Source: Akkermansiaceae bacterium
Lineage (GTDB): Bacteria > Verrucomicrobiota > Verrucomicrobiia > Verrucomicrobiales > Akkermansiaceae
Length of the DNA stretch: 63,116 nucleotides
Direction: 5' to 3'
Assembly: GCA_049609505.1 (NCBI GenBank)
Contig: JBMYYO010000001.1
Coordinates: forward strand, 1 to 63,116
Shown here: positions 10,001 through 18,184 of the stretch, in pieces
Position numbering within the stretch: the first letter of the stretch is position 1
Layout of the letters: each line of letters begins with the position of its first letter
Notes under the pieces: generated by a model
Told to the model about the DNA's origin: nothing
The model's input: the letters and a program-made list of their open reading frames with translations, nothing else
The model's database searches: none
Program-made: the position numbers and the translations under genes

Positions 10001-10867
10001 CAAATCAAACGCAACAAACTCAAGAGCCACGCCATCCACATGAGATCCCGTTGCGCTGGACTCCCAGTCCAGATCGGCGGGTTTGTTGGCCTCGGCGACT
10101 TTGACTCCATTGAGATAGGCGACAAATCCATCATCGTATTTTAACTTCATCACCAATGAGCTAAGAGCTGACGCATCTGCTACGCTAAACGGAATGCGCA
10201 CGTAAGCCGTAGTGGTTCCTGATGGGAGTGTGGTTGAAATTTCATCTGAAAAACTGGTCGATGACGAAGGGTTGTCCTCGTAACCGATCCCCATCGTTGC
10301 CGCGTCCCAGCCGTTGTTGTTGAAACCAATCGCCGTCCAACTGGTGCCGAGGGTGCCGTTGATAGGGATGTGGTAGCTGATCGGGCTGCTTGAATCTAAC
10401 AAAACAGATTCTGAGGTAGGTCCTGCACCAGAGTAGCCGTAGGATATGTCCGTTTTTTGCTCGGGATAGGCGGGTGAAAACTCGGAGGCGATTGTGCTGC
10501 CGTTGGGCTTGACCAGTGCGAGGTATTCGCCGCTGCTTGATAGTTTGAAATTCGCGTGCAGTTCGTTGCCAGCAACAGCGCGGTTTTTTTCAGAAGCAAA
10601 AACCACCAAGTAGCCGCCAGGGTTAAGGCTAACAGCGGGAAAGGTCCACTGTGAGAGCTGCCCAGAGTCATCCGTTAGATGCCATCCGTTGAGGTTAACT
10701 GCAGATGCACTTGGGTTATGAATTTCAATCCAATCACTATGATCTCCATCTTCATCGGTTAGGCCGGAGGAGTTTGATGCTAGGAATTCCGTGATCAGCA
10801 ACTGGCCCTTTGAGAGAGGAGACAGCAGGATCAAGCCTAGCAGGACAGATGTGATGTTAGATTTCAA
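7097..10867 (-). CDS. Secreted lamin-tail-domain / CotH-kinase-family protein
   Basis: N- and C-terminal lamin-tail segments (LLITEFLASN...DWIEIHN; VISEFSY...EFIELLN), YTTDGSEP fn3-like units, CotH motifs LYVNGLYWGVYNLHER, DWLPNNW, WDAE; TTG start. Confidence 0.85.
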   Translation of the reverse strand: MKSNITSVLLGLILLSPLSKGQLLITEFLASNSSGLTDEDGDHSDWIEIHNPSASAVNLNGWHLTDDSGQLSQWTFPAVSLNPGGYLVVFASEKNRAVAGNELHANFKLSSSGEYLALVKPNGSTIASEFSPAYPEQKTDISYGYSGAGPTSESVLLDSSSPISYHIPINGTLGTSWTAIGFNNNGWDAATMGIGYEDNPSSSTSFSDEISTTLPSGTTTAYVRIPFSVADASALSSLVMKLKYDDGFVAYLNGVKVAEANKPADLDWESSATGSHVDGVALEFVAFDLSAHLNSLVTGTNVLAIHMLNINSGSSDFLMSAELAGMVAIDFSTAAIGFIPNPTPGFSNSEAFDGILTDTTFASPRGIYTASFNEVIAGKDSGSTLIYTTDGSEPSLTNGTQVPPADAFTPPTATIPISTTTILRIIAVRDGYIPTNVDTQTYIFPAHVANQPAQPVGFPTDWGTQNDFFTVADYEMDSSVATTTQLSEALNSLPAMSIVMDQDDLFDPTTGIYSNSLKDGSLWERPTSVELIHPDGTSGFQENAGIRIQGSAARRPWSTPKHSFRIIFKKQYGVGKLEHPLFPDSQVERFNTLVLRATFNDAWTISASSQSDKALYLSDQWARNSQRDMGQPAASGRYINLYVNGLYWGVYNLHERPDAAFQSEHQGGSESDWDVIKHKSPPEVVDGNIDSWNTVYGDAADTPLDYNKVIANLDEISLIDYMLLNMYGGTTDWLPNNWYGAYSPVRGYQFFIWDAEQGFTSTNNTGKSNANSPARIYSELRESAEFRMLFADRAHRALFNDGALTASASQDRLQALADEAGLAMRAESARWGDVRKNPPYTYESDWLPELNRIMTFLSTRGDVCLAHLRGANLYPDVDAPVFSQHGGEVASNYTLTMTTDSGVTYYSLDGSDPRLPGGNVNPAAFVYNNANPPELASSGIIRARTLSDGEWSALNEATFVVGVPASGANLVISEFSYRPAAPTAAEDPGGIYGRKDFEFIELLNISNSSIELTNVAFTSGVTFDFNTANITQLAPGQRIVIVENPTAFSIRYPSVPASSIVGTFSGSLSNDGEEIKLTAADGSTIRSFIYNDQLPWPTAADGDGFSLVLNAPASNPDHSHALNWKPSAAIGGTPASDGGIDFSSTANADDDNDGIKALVEYFFGTSDTDSTSGSELLGHELSSGEFGIIYTRDLSARNVQGIVQISTDLVNWVADPGDQSLIELVHRVHNGNGTETLSWRPANPAARVFMRLKVSQ

Positions 10868-10875
10868 TGAGGAGC

Positions 10876-12357
10876 TTATTTTTTCTTCAGCGCTTTAGGC
10901 GTGAACGTGTATTTGACGGGGTCAAACTTGAAGGAACCTTTGCTTGGCACCGCATTGCGCCAATCTTTGGAGACGTGTTTCTGCATGGCGGTGATGATGG
11001 GTTTGCTGGCTGGTTGGTTGGCGAGATTGTTCCACTCGTGGGGATCGTTGGTGTGATCGTAGAGCTCTTCATCGCCGTTAGCGTAGCGGATGTAGCGGTG
11101 AGTATTGGTGCGGACGGCGCACTCGCCTTTGTCGCGTTGGATAACGATGGCTTCTTTCCATTTGGCTTGTGGGTTTTTCAAAAGAGGAGCGAGGCTTGTT
11201 TCATCGAGGATTTGTTTCGGTTTGGGGAGTTGGCAGAGGTCGATCAATGTGGGATAGAGAGACAAGGTGGAAACGGGGACGTCTGTGCTGACTCCTGCTT
11301 GTTTCACCATGGGGCCAGCAACGATGAACGGGATATTGGTGGCATCTTCCCAGAGCGTCCACTTGTGCCAGTGGTTTTTTTCTCCGTGATGCCAACCGTG
11401 GTCGCTCCACAGAACGATGATGGTATTCTTTGCGTGTGGGGAATTTCTAAGAGCATCCAAAACACGACCAATCTGGGCGTCGGCAAAGCTGATCGATGCC
11501 AGATAGGCCTGCAGTGCCTCTTTGTATTTCTTGGCATTGGTGATGGTTTTGTAGTCGCGTGAACGGGTGGTTTTTTTGCCCGATGGTGGCACGTCATCCA
11601 GATCATCTTTCTTTAGCCCGCTGGGTATTTTAATTTGATTGAGCGGATAGAGATCAAAATAATTTTTAGGTGCATACCACGGGAGGTGCGGGCGGAAAAT
11701 TCCGCAGCCGAGAAAGAACGGTTTGTCAGCCTTGTAGGACTTGATGAAGTTGACCGCGTAGTCGGTGGATTTCGGATCGTGGTAATCATAGCCATCCGGT
11801 AGGCTTCCCCAGTCAAACTCATGCCTGCTGATTTTCATACCGGAAATAGGATGAGGCTTGGGCCGCGTTGTTTTTCCTTTGTTAGGGTAGGTGCTGCGCG
11901 GTCTGTCCCACGGGTCTTCCCAGTCGATTTCCTGAAAATCGTGCCACTCATCCGGCGGTGTGAACCCCGCGGTGTGGTGGGCTATTTTCCCCGCACCCTG
12001 CACTTGGTAGCCGTTGTTTTTAAAGTGCTTGGGAATGGTGACAAGGTCCGGGTGATTGGGTCTCACCCACTGGTGGTTACTGTAGATTCCGAGTCGGGAT
12101 GGCAGCTGGCCTGTTAGGATCGATGCGCGACAAGGACCGCACATTGGGGCAGGCACATGGGCATTGGTAAAAAGACGACCCTGTTTGGCGAGCTTATCGA
12201 TATTTGGCGTGTGAACTTTGCCGGGATAATCCTTGTTGAGGCAACCGACCCATGCCCGCATGTCATCGACGGCGAGGAACAGCACATTGGGTTTTTCCCC
12301 AGCAAGGCATAGCGGGGTGAAACACAGATAAAGAAGAGTGCGTTTAAACCAGATCAT
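10876..12357 (-). CDS. Sulfatase (S1, iduronate-2-sulfatase/choline-sulfatase-like)
   Basis: PNVLFLAVDD, CGPCRASILTG, GKIAH, FRPHLP, SDHGWHHGEK. Confidence 0.93.
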   Translation of the reverse strand: MIWFKRTLLYLCFTPLCLAGEKPNVLFLAVDDMRAWVGCLNKDYPGKVHTPNIDKLAKQGRLFTNAHVPAPMCGPCRASILTGQLPSRLGIYSNHQWVRPNHPDLVTIPKHFKNNGYQVQGAGKIAHHTAGFTPPDEWHDFQEIDWEDPWDRPRSTYPNKGKTTRPKPHPISGMKISRHEFDWGSLPDGYDYHDPKSTDYAVNFIKSYKADKPFFLGCGIFRPHLPWYAPKNYFDLYPLNQIKIPSGLKKDDLDDVPPSGKKTTRSRDYKTITNAKKYKEALQAYLASISFADAQIGRVLDALRNSPHAKNTIIVLWSDHGWHHGEKNHWHKWTLWEDATNIPFIVAGPMVKQAGVSTDVPVSTLSLYPTLIDLCQLPKPKQILDETSLAPLLKNPQAKWKEAIVIQRDKGECAVRTNTHRYIRYANGDEELYDHTNDPHEWNNLANQPASKPIITAMQKHVSKDWRNAVPSKGSFKFDPVKYTFTPKALKKK

Positions 12358-14588
12358 GGTGCTTGGCTGCTCGTCACGATGAGACGTGCGAAAAATGAAG
12401 AGAGCGGATCGTCTGATGTGAGCGTGTAAGTGAAGGTATTGGTAGTGTCATCGAACATTTCGCTGCTGTTGGAAATGGTTACATCGGGAATGGGCATCGT
12501 CCAATCGGTTAGGTTCTTTGAGAACTGGGGTTCCAGTGTTAACCAGCTCGGTAAATCCTTTTTGCGAAACCGAAAAATGCTGGATGTGGCGCTCGTCGTT
12601 TGAAACATGAGTAACGGTTTAGCTGAGCTATCAATAGGTGAGCTGCCGGTTGTGAACTCGATTAAATCATCGTAGCCATCATGATCAAAATCTCCCGTTC
12701 CAAGATCGTTGGTATTTCCAGAAACCATGCGCTCGTAGGAGTCGGGGATGTTGTCGGAATCGGCATCGTGTTGGGTGTAATTCGAGACAAAGTTTGCGGG
12801 TGCGATGACGGAGGGGCTGATGCGGACGAAGTCGATATCGCCGATAAAGTCACGTGATGAACTTGCGTTGAATTTACCAATGCTGAGCGGCTGACTGTTG
12901 GCGTGCGTGCCTGTGGTGGTGTCTGGAACGTCGCTGATGAGAATGCCATCGACATAAATTTTGAGTCGTTTGTTTGTGCCGTCTTTGACTGCGGCAATTT
13001 GATGCCAGTTGCCATCATTGACAGTTGTCGTTCCAGTTGAAACGAGGGCTTCGCTGGTATTGTCTGATACAAGAAACCGCACATGACCCGCCGTCTCAAC
13101 ACGTAACCACCACGATGGCTGGTTCGCGCCGAGATCCTTGGCAACGATCGCACCTGTGTTGCTGGTGCCGTTCGGAATACGAATCACAGCTTCTAGGGTA
13201 AATGAGTCATCGCCTGCGAAGTCGAAATTGTTTTCGGTGAGGTAATCTTCAATGGACAGGCCACCGTTGTCAGTAAATTTGAGTGCCTTGCTGTTATTGT
13301 AATTGGGCGATCCAGCTAGATAACTGAATGCGGCATCGGGCGTAAGATGGCGCTTGTTGTTAGATGGGTGGATGTCGAGCAGGCTGGCGCTACCCGTTGT
13401 AGCTGTTTCGCCGATTGCTTTTTCTTCAAAGTTCCAGAATGCTGCGCTTGGGTTTTCCGCTACTGGATCGGGCGCATCGAGCCATTCCTCATTGACACGG
13501 ATGAATTTGATCGCGCCGTAGTTGTTTGTTTCGGCAAGAACACCGAGGTGGTCAGTGGTCGTTTTCACCATATCGGAGTAAGCGAATGCTCCGCCTAACA
13601 GGAGTTTGGGTTGTGACCAAGTGGATGTTTCATCCGAGCTGCTCCAGATGGAGCCATTGTTGCGCGAGCCGCCATTGGGGCAGGAAAGCAGAATGCGGTT
13701 TGTGGTGTCGCCCTCGTCCGTGGATTTGAACCGCAGCAGTGATCCCTGCACGACGGGTGTGACAAAGTGGGCGTTGCCATTATAGGGGAAGGAGTAGCTT
13801 GCTCCGCCATCATCGGAATAGGCTTCTGATCGGGTGCCAGGGTCGCTGCCGTAGTCTCGCGAGTTAATGTAGAGGCGCGATCCACCATCGCCTGCCGGGG
13901 TGATGAGCTCGACGAGTGTGGTTTCGTTAGGGGCGGCGCCGTTGATGCCGTCTGTCATCGCGGTCATTTGCCAAGTTGCTCCGTGGTCATCCGAGTAAAC
14001 TACCTGTGCTCCGAACGATCCGGCGTCCTGGCCATTATTGCCGATGCGGTGATTCGCGGGGATGACGAGTCGGCCCGCTTGGATGCCGCGCTTGAGTTGC
14101 ACGCCGTGGCAGGGGCCTGTGGCATACCAGCCCCAGGCGGGAAGTTTGACGTTTGCGGTGATTTCTGTTCGTGCGGACCACGTCAGGCCGCCATCGGTGG
14201 ACTTGGTGTGATAGACCGTATCATTGTTTCTGCAAAACAGCAGATGGATGTGCCCCGTGGATCGATCCACGACGGGGGCGGGGTTTCCAATCGTGATGGT
14301 GGCGTTATTTCCCTCCTCCTGCACCGGGATCAGCGCGCTCCATGTAGCACCTCCATCGCTGGAGCGTTTGAGTACAATATCAATGTCGCCATGGTCAGCA
14401 CTGGAGGTTTTCCGGCCTTCACAGAATGCCAGCAAGGTGCCGTCGTTTGCTCTAACAATAGCGGGTATGCGATAGGTGTGATACCCCTCCGTGCCTGATG
14501 TGAACACAGGTGTGATCGAATACTCGGGCGCAGCAAACAGAGAAGAAAGACCAAGGGCGGTCATCCAGGCTGTAGCGAGAGGTTTCAT
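12354..14588 (-). CDS. Sialidase GH33 with LamG-like domain and C-terminal accessory domain
   Basis: YRIP, Asp boxes SSDGGATW, STDGGLTW, SDDHGATW, SDDGGASY, AYSD; LamG segment NDGNWHQIAAV...IYVDG; 4-bp overlap with the downstream sulfatase. Confidence 0.92.
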   Translation of the reverse strand: MKPLATAWMTALGLSSLFAAPEYSITPVFTSGTEGYHTYRIPAIVRANDGTLLAFCEGRKTSSADHGDIDIVLKRSSDGGATWSALIPVQEEGNNATITIGNPAPVVDRSTGHIHLLFCRNNDTVYHTKSTDGGLTWSARTEITANVKLPAWGWYATGPCHGVQLKRGIQAGRLVIPANHRIGNNGQDAGSFGAQVVYSDDHGATWQMTAMTDGINGAAPNETTLVELITPAGDGGSRLYINSRDYGSDPGTRSEAYSDDGGASYSFPYNGNAHFVTPVVQGSLLRFKSTDEGDTTNRILLSCPNGGSRNNGSIWSSSDETSTWSQPKLLLGGAFAYSDMVKTTTDHLGVLAETNNYGAIKFIRVNEEWLDAPDPVAENPSAAFWNFEEKAIGETATTGSASLLDIHPSNNKRHLTPDAAFSYLAGSPNYNNSKALKFTDNGGLSIEDYLTENNFDFAGDDSFTLEAVIRIPNGTSNTGAIVAKDLGANQPSWWLRVETAGHVRFLVSDNTSEALVSTGTTTVNDGNWHQIAAVKDGTNKRLKIYVDGILISDVPDTTTGTHANSQPLSIGKFNASSSRDFIGDIDFVRISPSVIAPANFVSNYTQHDADSDNIPDSYERMVSGNTNDLGTGDFDHDGYDDLIEFTTGSSPIDSSAKPLLMFQTTSATSSIFRFRKKDLPSWLTLEPQFSKNLTDWTMPIPDVTISNSSEMFDDTTNTFTYTLTSDDPLSSFFARLIVTSSQAP

Positions 14589-14670
14589 AAAAGTAGATAT
14601 TGCAAAGAAAAAGCCCCTGCCCTGATGAAGAGCCGAGGCTTTGCAGATGGAGTAGGTGGGTGAAGGCAGC

Positions 14671-15531
14671 CTACTTACGGCGACGCAAGATCAGGGCAAG
14701 GCCACCAAGACCGAGAAGGGCTGTGGAGGATGGCTCTGGAACGGTAGTAAGGAACTCAGCAGGTGTGAGCGCGGTGTCGCTGACGCGGAATTGATCCATG
14801 ATACCGGTAAACTCCTGATTTTCAGCTCCGTTGTAGCTACCTAGTCGGAAGTCGCTAAGGGGATCAAGCATGGTGGCTGGGAGGGTTCCGATGTCTGCAT
14901 CAGTATTCGTGTGGACGAGGGCACCATCTACATAGGTACGAACTTCACCATTCGGGCCGTCATAGACGAGGGCAATGCTATGGTAGTTTCCGTCGCCTTT
15001 AGCCGATGAGATATCGATTGTGCTGCCAAATGCACTGACAGCATCACCAGCACCAATCGCATACTGGAGATTGCCTCCGTCCTCACGGATCCAAATCTGA
15101 TCTCCACCAGTTTGACCCATGATACCGTTGCGGGTTTGAGAAGTGTTATTCCAGTTGAGAACTGCCTCTAAGGTGAAACTGCCGGTGGCACTACCATCAA
15201 GCTCGAAGTAGGGGCTGACTGTGGTGGTCGGGCCGTCCCAAGCTCCTGGGATGCCATTCAAGCCGTCACGAATGAAGACATAGCCATCACCCGTACCTGC
15301 TGCGTTGTTGATGCCTGTGCCTGTGGGTGTGGCAACGACAGCGCTGCCGGCTCCAGCTGTCTGACCAAAGAATCCGTGGTAACCGTTACCCGAAGTGTCC
15401 TGAATGCGGTCACCATCGGTGACGTTGACACCTTGAGTTAGGTTTGAGAAGTTAACCTCGAGCACGGTTGCCGCGTGGGACATGCCTGCCGTCGCTGCGA
15501 GTGCTAGAAGTGTGTTGGTTGTCTTTTTCAT
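14671..15531 (-). CDS. PEP-CTERM surface protein with LamG-like domain
   Basis: Signal peptide, DGNYHSIALVYDG...TYVDG, C-terminal VPEPSSTALLGLGGLALILRRRK. Confidence 0.92.
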   Translation of the reverse strand: MKKTTNTLLALAATAGMSHAATVLEVNFSNLTQGVNVTDGDRIQDTSGNGYHGFFGQTAGAGSAVVATPTGTGINNAAGTGDGYVFIRDGLNGIPGAWDGPTTTVSPYFELDGSATGSFTLEAVLNWNNTSQTRNGIMGQTGGDQIWIREDGGNLQYAIGAGDAVSAFGSTIDISSAKGDGNYHSIALVYDGPNGEVRTYVDGALVHTNTDADIGTLPATMLDPLSDFRLGSYNGAENQEFTGIMDQFRVSDTALTPAEFLTTVPEPSSTALLGLGGLALILRRRK

Positions 15532-15628
15532 AATTATTATTGTGGGATTTGAGTGAGCAAGAAAAGCAAAGGTGCTTTTGATGATTACTTTTACAAAAGC
15601 TCCACCGGTATTGGCAAAGATTTACGAG

Positions 15629-15646
15629 TGGTCTTTTTTTAGACCA
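15629..15646. promoter_or_regulatory. Candidate GntR-family operator (TGGTCT-N6-AGACCA)
   Basis: Perfect 6-bp inverted repeat in the intergenic region upstream of the PEP-CTERM gene, next to a GntR-type regulator gene. Confidence 0.4.
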
Positions 15647-15659
15647 GTTTGGGGAGGCT

Positions 15660-16736
15660 CTACACCGCTGAAGCAACAGTTTTACCAGGGTTGGCTTCTG
15701 GCACGAGCAAGCAGGGTCTGGAGGCTGATCCCGAGCTTGGGCTGATGATCAGTTTTGCCAGTTGGCTGATTAAGCGATCACCTACCGTGTAGCTCACTGG
15801 GGCTGGGCTTAATCGGCTGAGTAGGACATCATGCGATAGGGAAATGATGGAAACATCTTGCGGAATACGAATGCCGCAGGCCATCAGGTGAGTGAACGCA
15901 GTCACAAAATGATGGTGATTGAGAACAATCAGCCCGGTGGGTCGATGAGGGGAAGCCAAGAGCTTATCGAGCTCAACAGTGAGGCGATCAACGTGGAAGT
16001 TGTGGTTTAATACCACTGGGTTAGGCAGTTTCTCACCATGGTGCGCTTCAAAAGCCTCGTGCATACCCACAACAGCCAGATCATCGCCTGCGAGCTGGGA
16101 GCGGAAACGGATCAAGCCCAATCGCTTGTGGCCTTTTCCTAACAACATGCCCGTGGCGTGACGGCTCGCGCTTTGGAAATCGATGTCAATGTTAGGCAGG
16201 CGGATGTTTTCAAAAAGCGACCCCAGCACGGTCGCCCGGATCGCATGTTCGGAAAACCACCGCTGAATGTGCTCAGGGCATTGATGGAGAATCCAGTGCG
16301 CATCGGCATGATCACGCACCAGCCTCGACAAGGTCTTTGCCGAGGATTTTTGTTGTTTGAAAACGGGAGACGACACTAGCTCTACAGTCATCTTTGCCTT
16401 GGAAAGATGATACCTAAGCTGGGCAAGCTGCTCAAGCACCAGAGGGGTAGCCTGGTGGGCAGGTTCTGGAGTGAAAAAGACAACCGTTTGTGATACAGCA
16501 CTCGCTTTCTTGTGGGGGTGCTTAGTGATCTGCCTCCGTTTCGATGGCTCGGCAGGCGCGAGAATTCCCTCTTGGGTTAGTCCCTCTAGCGCACGCCTCA
16601 GGCAGGCACGACTGATCATTAGCTCACTAGCTAGTGTTCTCTCTCCAGGCAAAAACTCAGACCACTCGCCGCCGATAATGGATCTGCGGATGATATCAAC
16701 GGCCTGGGAGACTTTGCTGGTGGGCACTTCTTTCAT
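15660..16736 (-). CDS. GntR-type wHTH + LacI-type sensor domain transcriptional regulator
   Basis: LPGERTLASELMISRACLRRAL wHTH; GHKRLGLI, GIRIPQDVSIIS LacI-like sensor. Confidence 0.9.
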   Translation of the reverse strand: MKEVPTSKVSQAVDIIRRSIIGGEWSEFLPGERTLASELMISRACLRRALEGLTQEGILAPAEPSKRRQITKHPHKKASAVSQTVVFFTPEPAHQATPLVLEQLAQLRYHLSKAKMTVELVSSPVFKQQKSSAKTLSRLVRDHADAHWILHQCPEHIQRWFSEHAIRATVLGSLFENIRLPNIDIDFQSASRHATGMLLGKGHKRLGLIRFRSQLAGDDLAVVGMHEAFEAHHGEKLPNPVVLNHNFHVDRLTVELDKLLASPHRPTGLIVLNHHHFVTAFTHLMACGIRIPQDVSIISLSHDVLLSRLSPAPVSYTVGDRLISQLAKLIISPSSGSASRPCLLVPEANPGKTVASAV

Positions 16737-16748
16737 AGGAGAGAGCAG

Positions 16749-18077
16749 CTAGTTATTGGGGAGATCAATTTTGTAACATCTCACCTGCAGTGGCCCGAGC
16801 CAGCCGTAGAGGTGGTGGTTTTTATCATAGTGTCTCTTCATGGAAAACATTTCTCTAACAATAGCGTCTTTGGCGTATTTTGTGGATTGAAACTTAATGG
16901 TATCGCTACTTGATGAATTACAGATAAAGACATACGTGCTGCCCTCGTAATGATATTCTGATACTGTTAGGGCGGGGAACTTGAGAGCCTTTTCCTTCAT
17001 CTCGTCTTCGCTAGACGTGCGGGATTCAAGGTTGTTTTTAGATCCCTTTACCATGGCAATCTCCTTAGGTCCGCTGAGGATGGAGAGCGGGTATTTATTT
17101 GTCTTTTTACCGTGGAGAAACACCTGACCAAGCTTGCGAGAACCAGTTAACTCATTGGCTAGGTGTGCATAGCTATCATACCAAAGCTGCCATGTCCGGC
17201 TTACCTCTCGGCGCGGGAATAGCGACCATATAGCGACTCCTTTTCCACCACACATCAGACCGAGATAAACATCATGCCGCGTCCATTTAGGGATCAGGTG
17301 ATCGTGGGCAGGGTCTTTTGGATCTGCGCAGAGCTCGGGCATCACGAGGGGTGTGCGTTTTCGGCCATCGGCTTTTTCAAGTGCGGCTGCGGCTTCCGTT
17401 TGCTGCTGCATAGACCACTTGATCCACACACGAGAATTCTGGAATCCGGCGAGGTTACAGTAGAATCCCTTACCGATGATATCTTGGTATTTTCCTGTTT
17501 CTGTTAGAGAAGCGGCATTGCGGTGGTTAGGCTCATACATCCAGATTGGCCGATTGTGAGGATCTGCAGCACGGATAGCGGCCGTGGCGATGCGTAAGTA
17601 GTCCAACTCATTCTTACGCCAGTGGCGCAGCTCTTCTGGGCCGAGATACCACCAGCAGATGGATTGGTTATCGACCACGGCTTTGACCTGTTTGGTGATC
17701 TGATCGTGAATTTCTTTCTCACTCAAACGAAGTGGTTTTTTCGAGAGGAAGTCCATCTTGATAGAAATGAGGTAAGGGTAGGGGAGCCCAGCCTCCTGCG
17801 CGTGCCGGAGAGGAGCCTCTTGCTTTCCATAGCTGGGGCCAGCAACACTAAACCCAAACCCTGCATCACGAGCAGGCACCCCTGAGTAGCCCATGAAGGG
17901 GAACGCCTTTCCTTGTGGATAAACCTGCTGGTTTGCTGCGATCTGCTGGTTTGTTGAGGAAACTTCCTCCTCTGAGGCGGATGCGGACTGCTCTGCGGGT
18001 GGTCGGTTTTTACAAGAACTAAGCAGGAGGGAACTACCTATGATGAGGCATGTTAGGTAAGTTGTTGAGAAAGACAT
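16749..18077 (-). CDS. Hypothetical lipoprotein, possibly glycoside-hydrolase-like
   Basis: Lipobox LLSSC; WWYLGPEE, AIRAADPHNRPIWMY, MPELC, GGKGVAIWS reminiscent of TIM-barrel GHs. Confidence 0.6.
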   Translation of the reverse strand: MSFSTTYLTCLIIGSSLLLSSCKNRPPAEQSASASEEEVSSTNQQIAANQQVYPQGKAFPFMGYSGVPARDAGFGFSVAGPSYGKQEAPLRHAQEAGLPYPYLISIKMDFLSKKPLRLSEKEIHDQITKQVKAVVDNQSICWWYLGPEELRHWRKNELDYLRIATAAIRAADPHNRPIWMYEPNHRNAASLTETGKYQDIIGKGFYCNLAGFQNSRVWIKWSMQQQTEAAAALEKADGRKRTPLVMPELCADPKDPAHDHLIPKWTRHDVYLGLMCGGKGVAIWSLFPRREVSRTWQLWYDSYAHLANELTGSRKLGQVFLHGKKTNKYPLSILSGPKEIAMVKGSKNNLESRTSSEDEMKEKALKFPALTVSEYHYEGSTYVFICNSSSSDTIKFQSTKYAKDAIVREMFSMKRHYDKNHHLYGWLGPLQVRCYKIDLPNN

Positions 18078-18184
18078 AATGGTGGGTTTTCTTGGGTTCT
18101 AACACACTGCCGCGCGGCCTGAATGGGGGGCGTTTGTAGTGCCTCTTTGATCATGCAAAACTTGGTTCATTCTGTCGAATAAAA

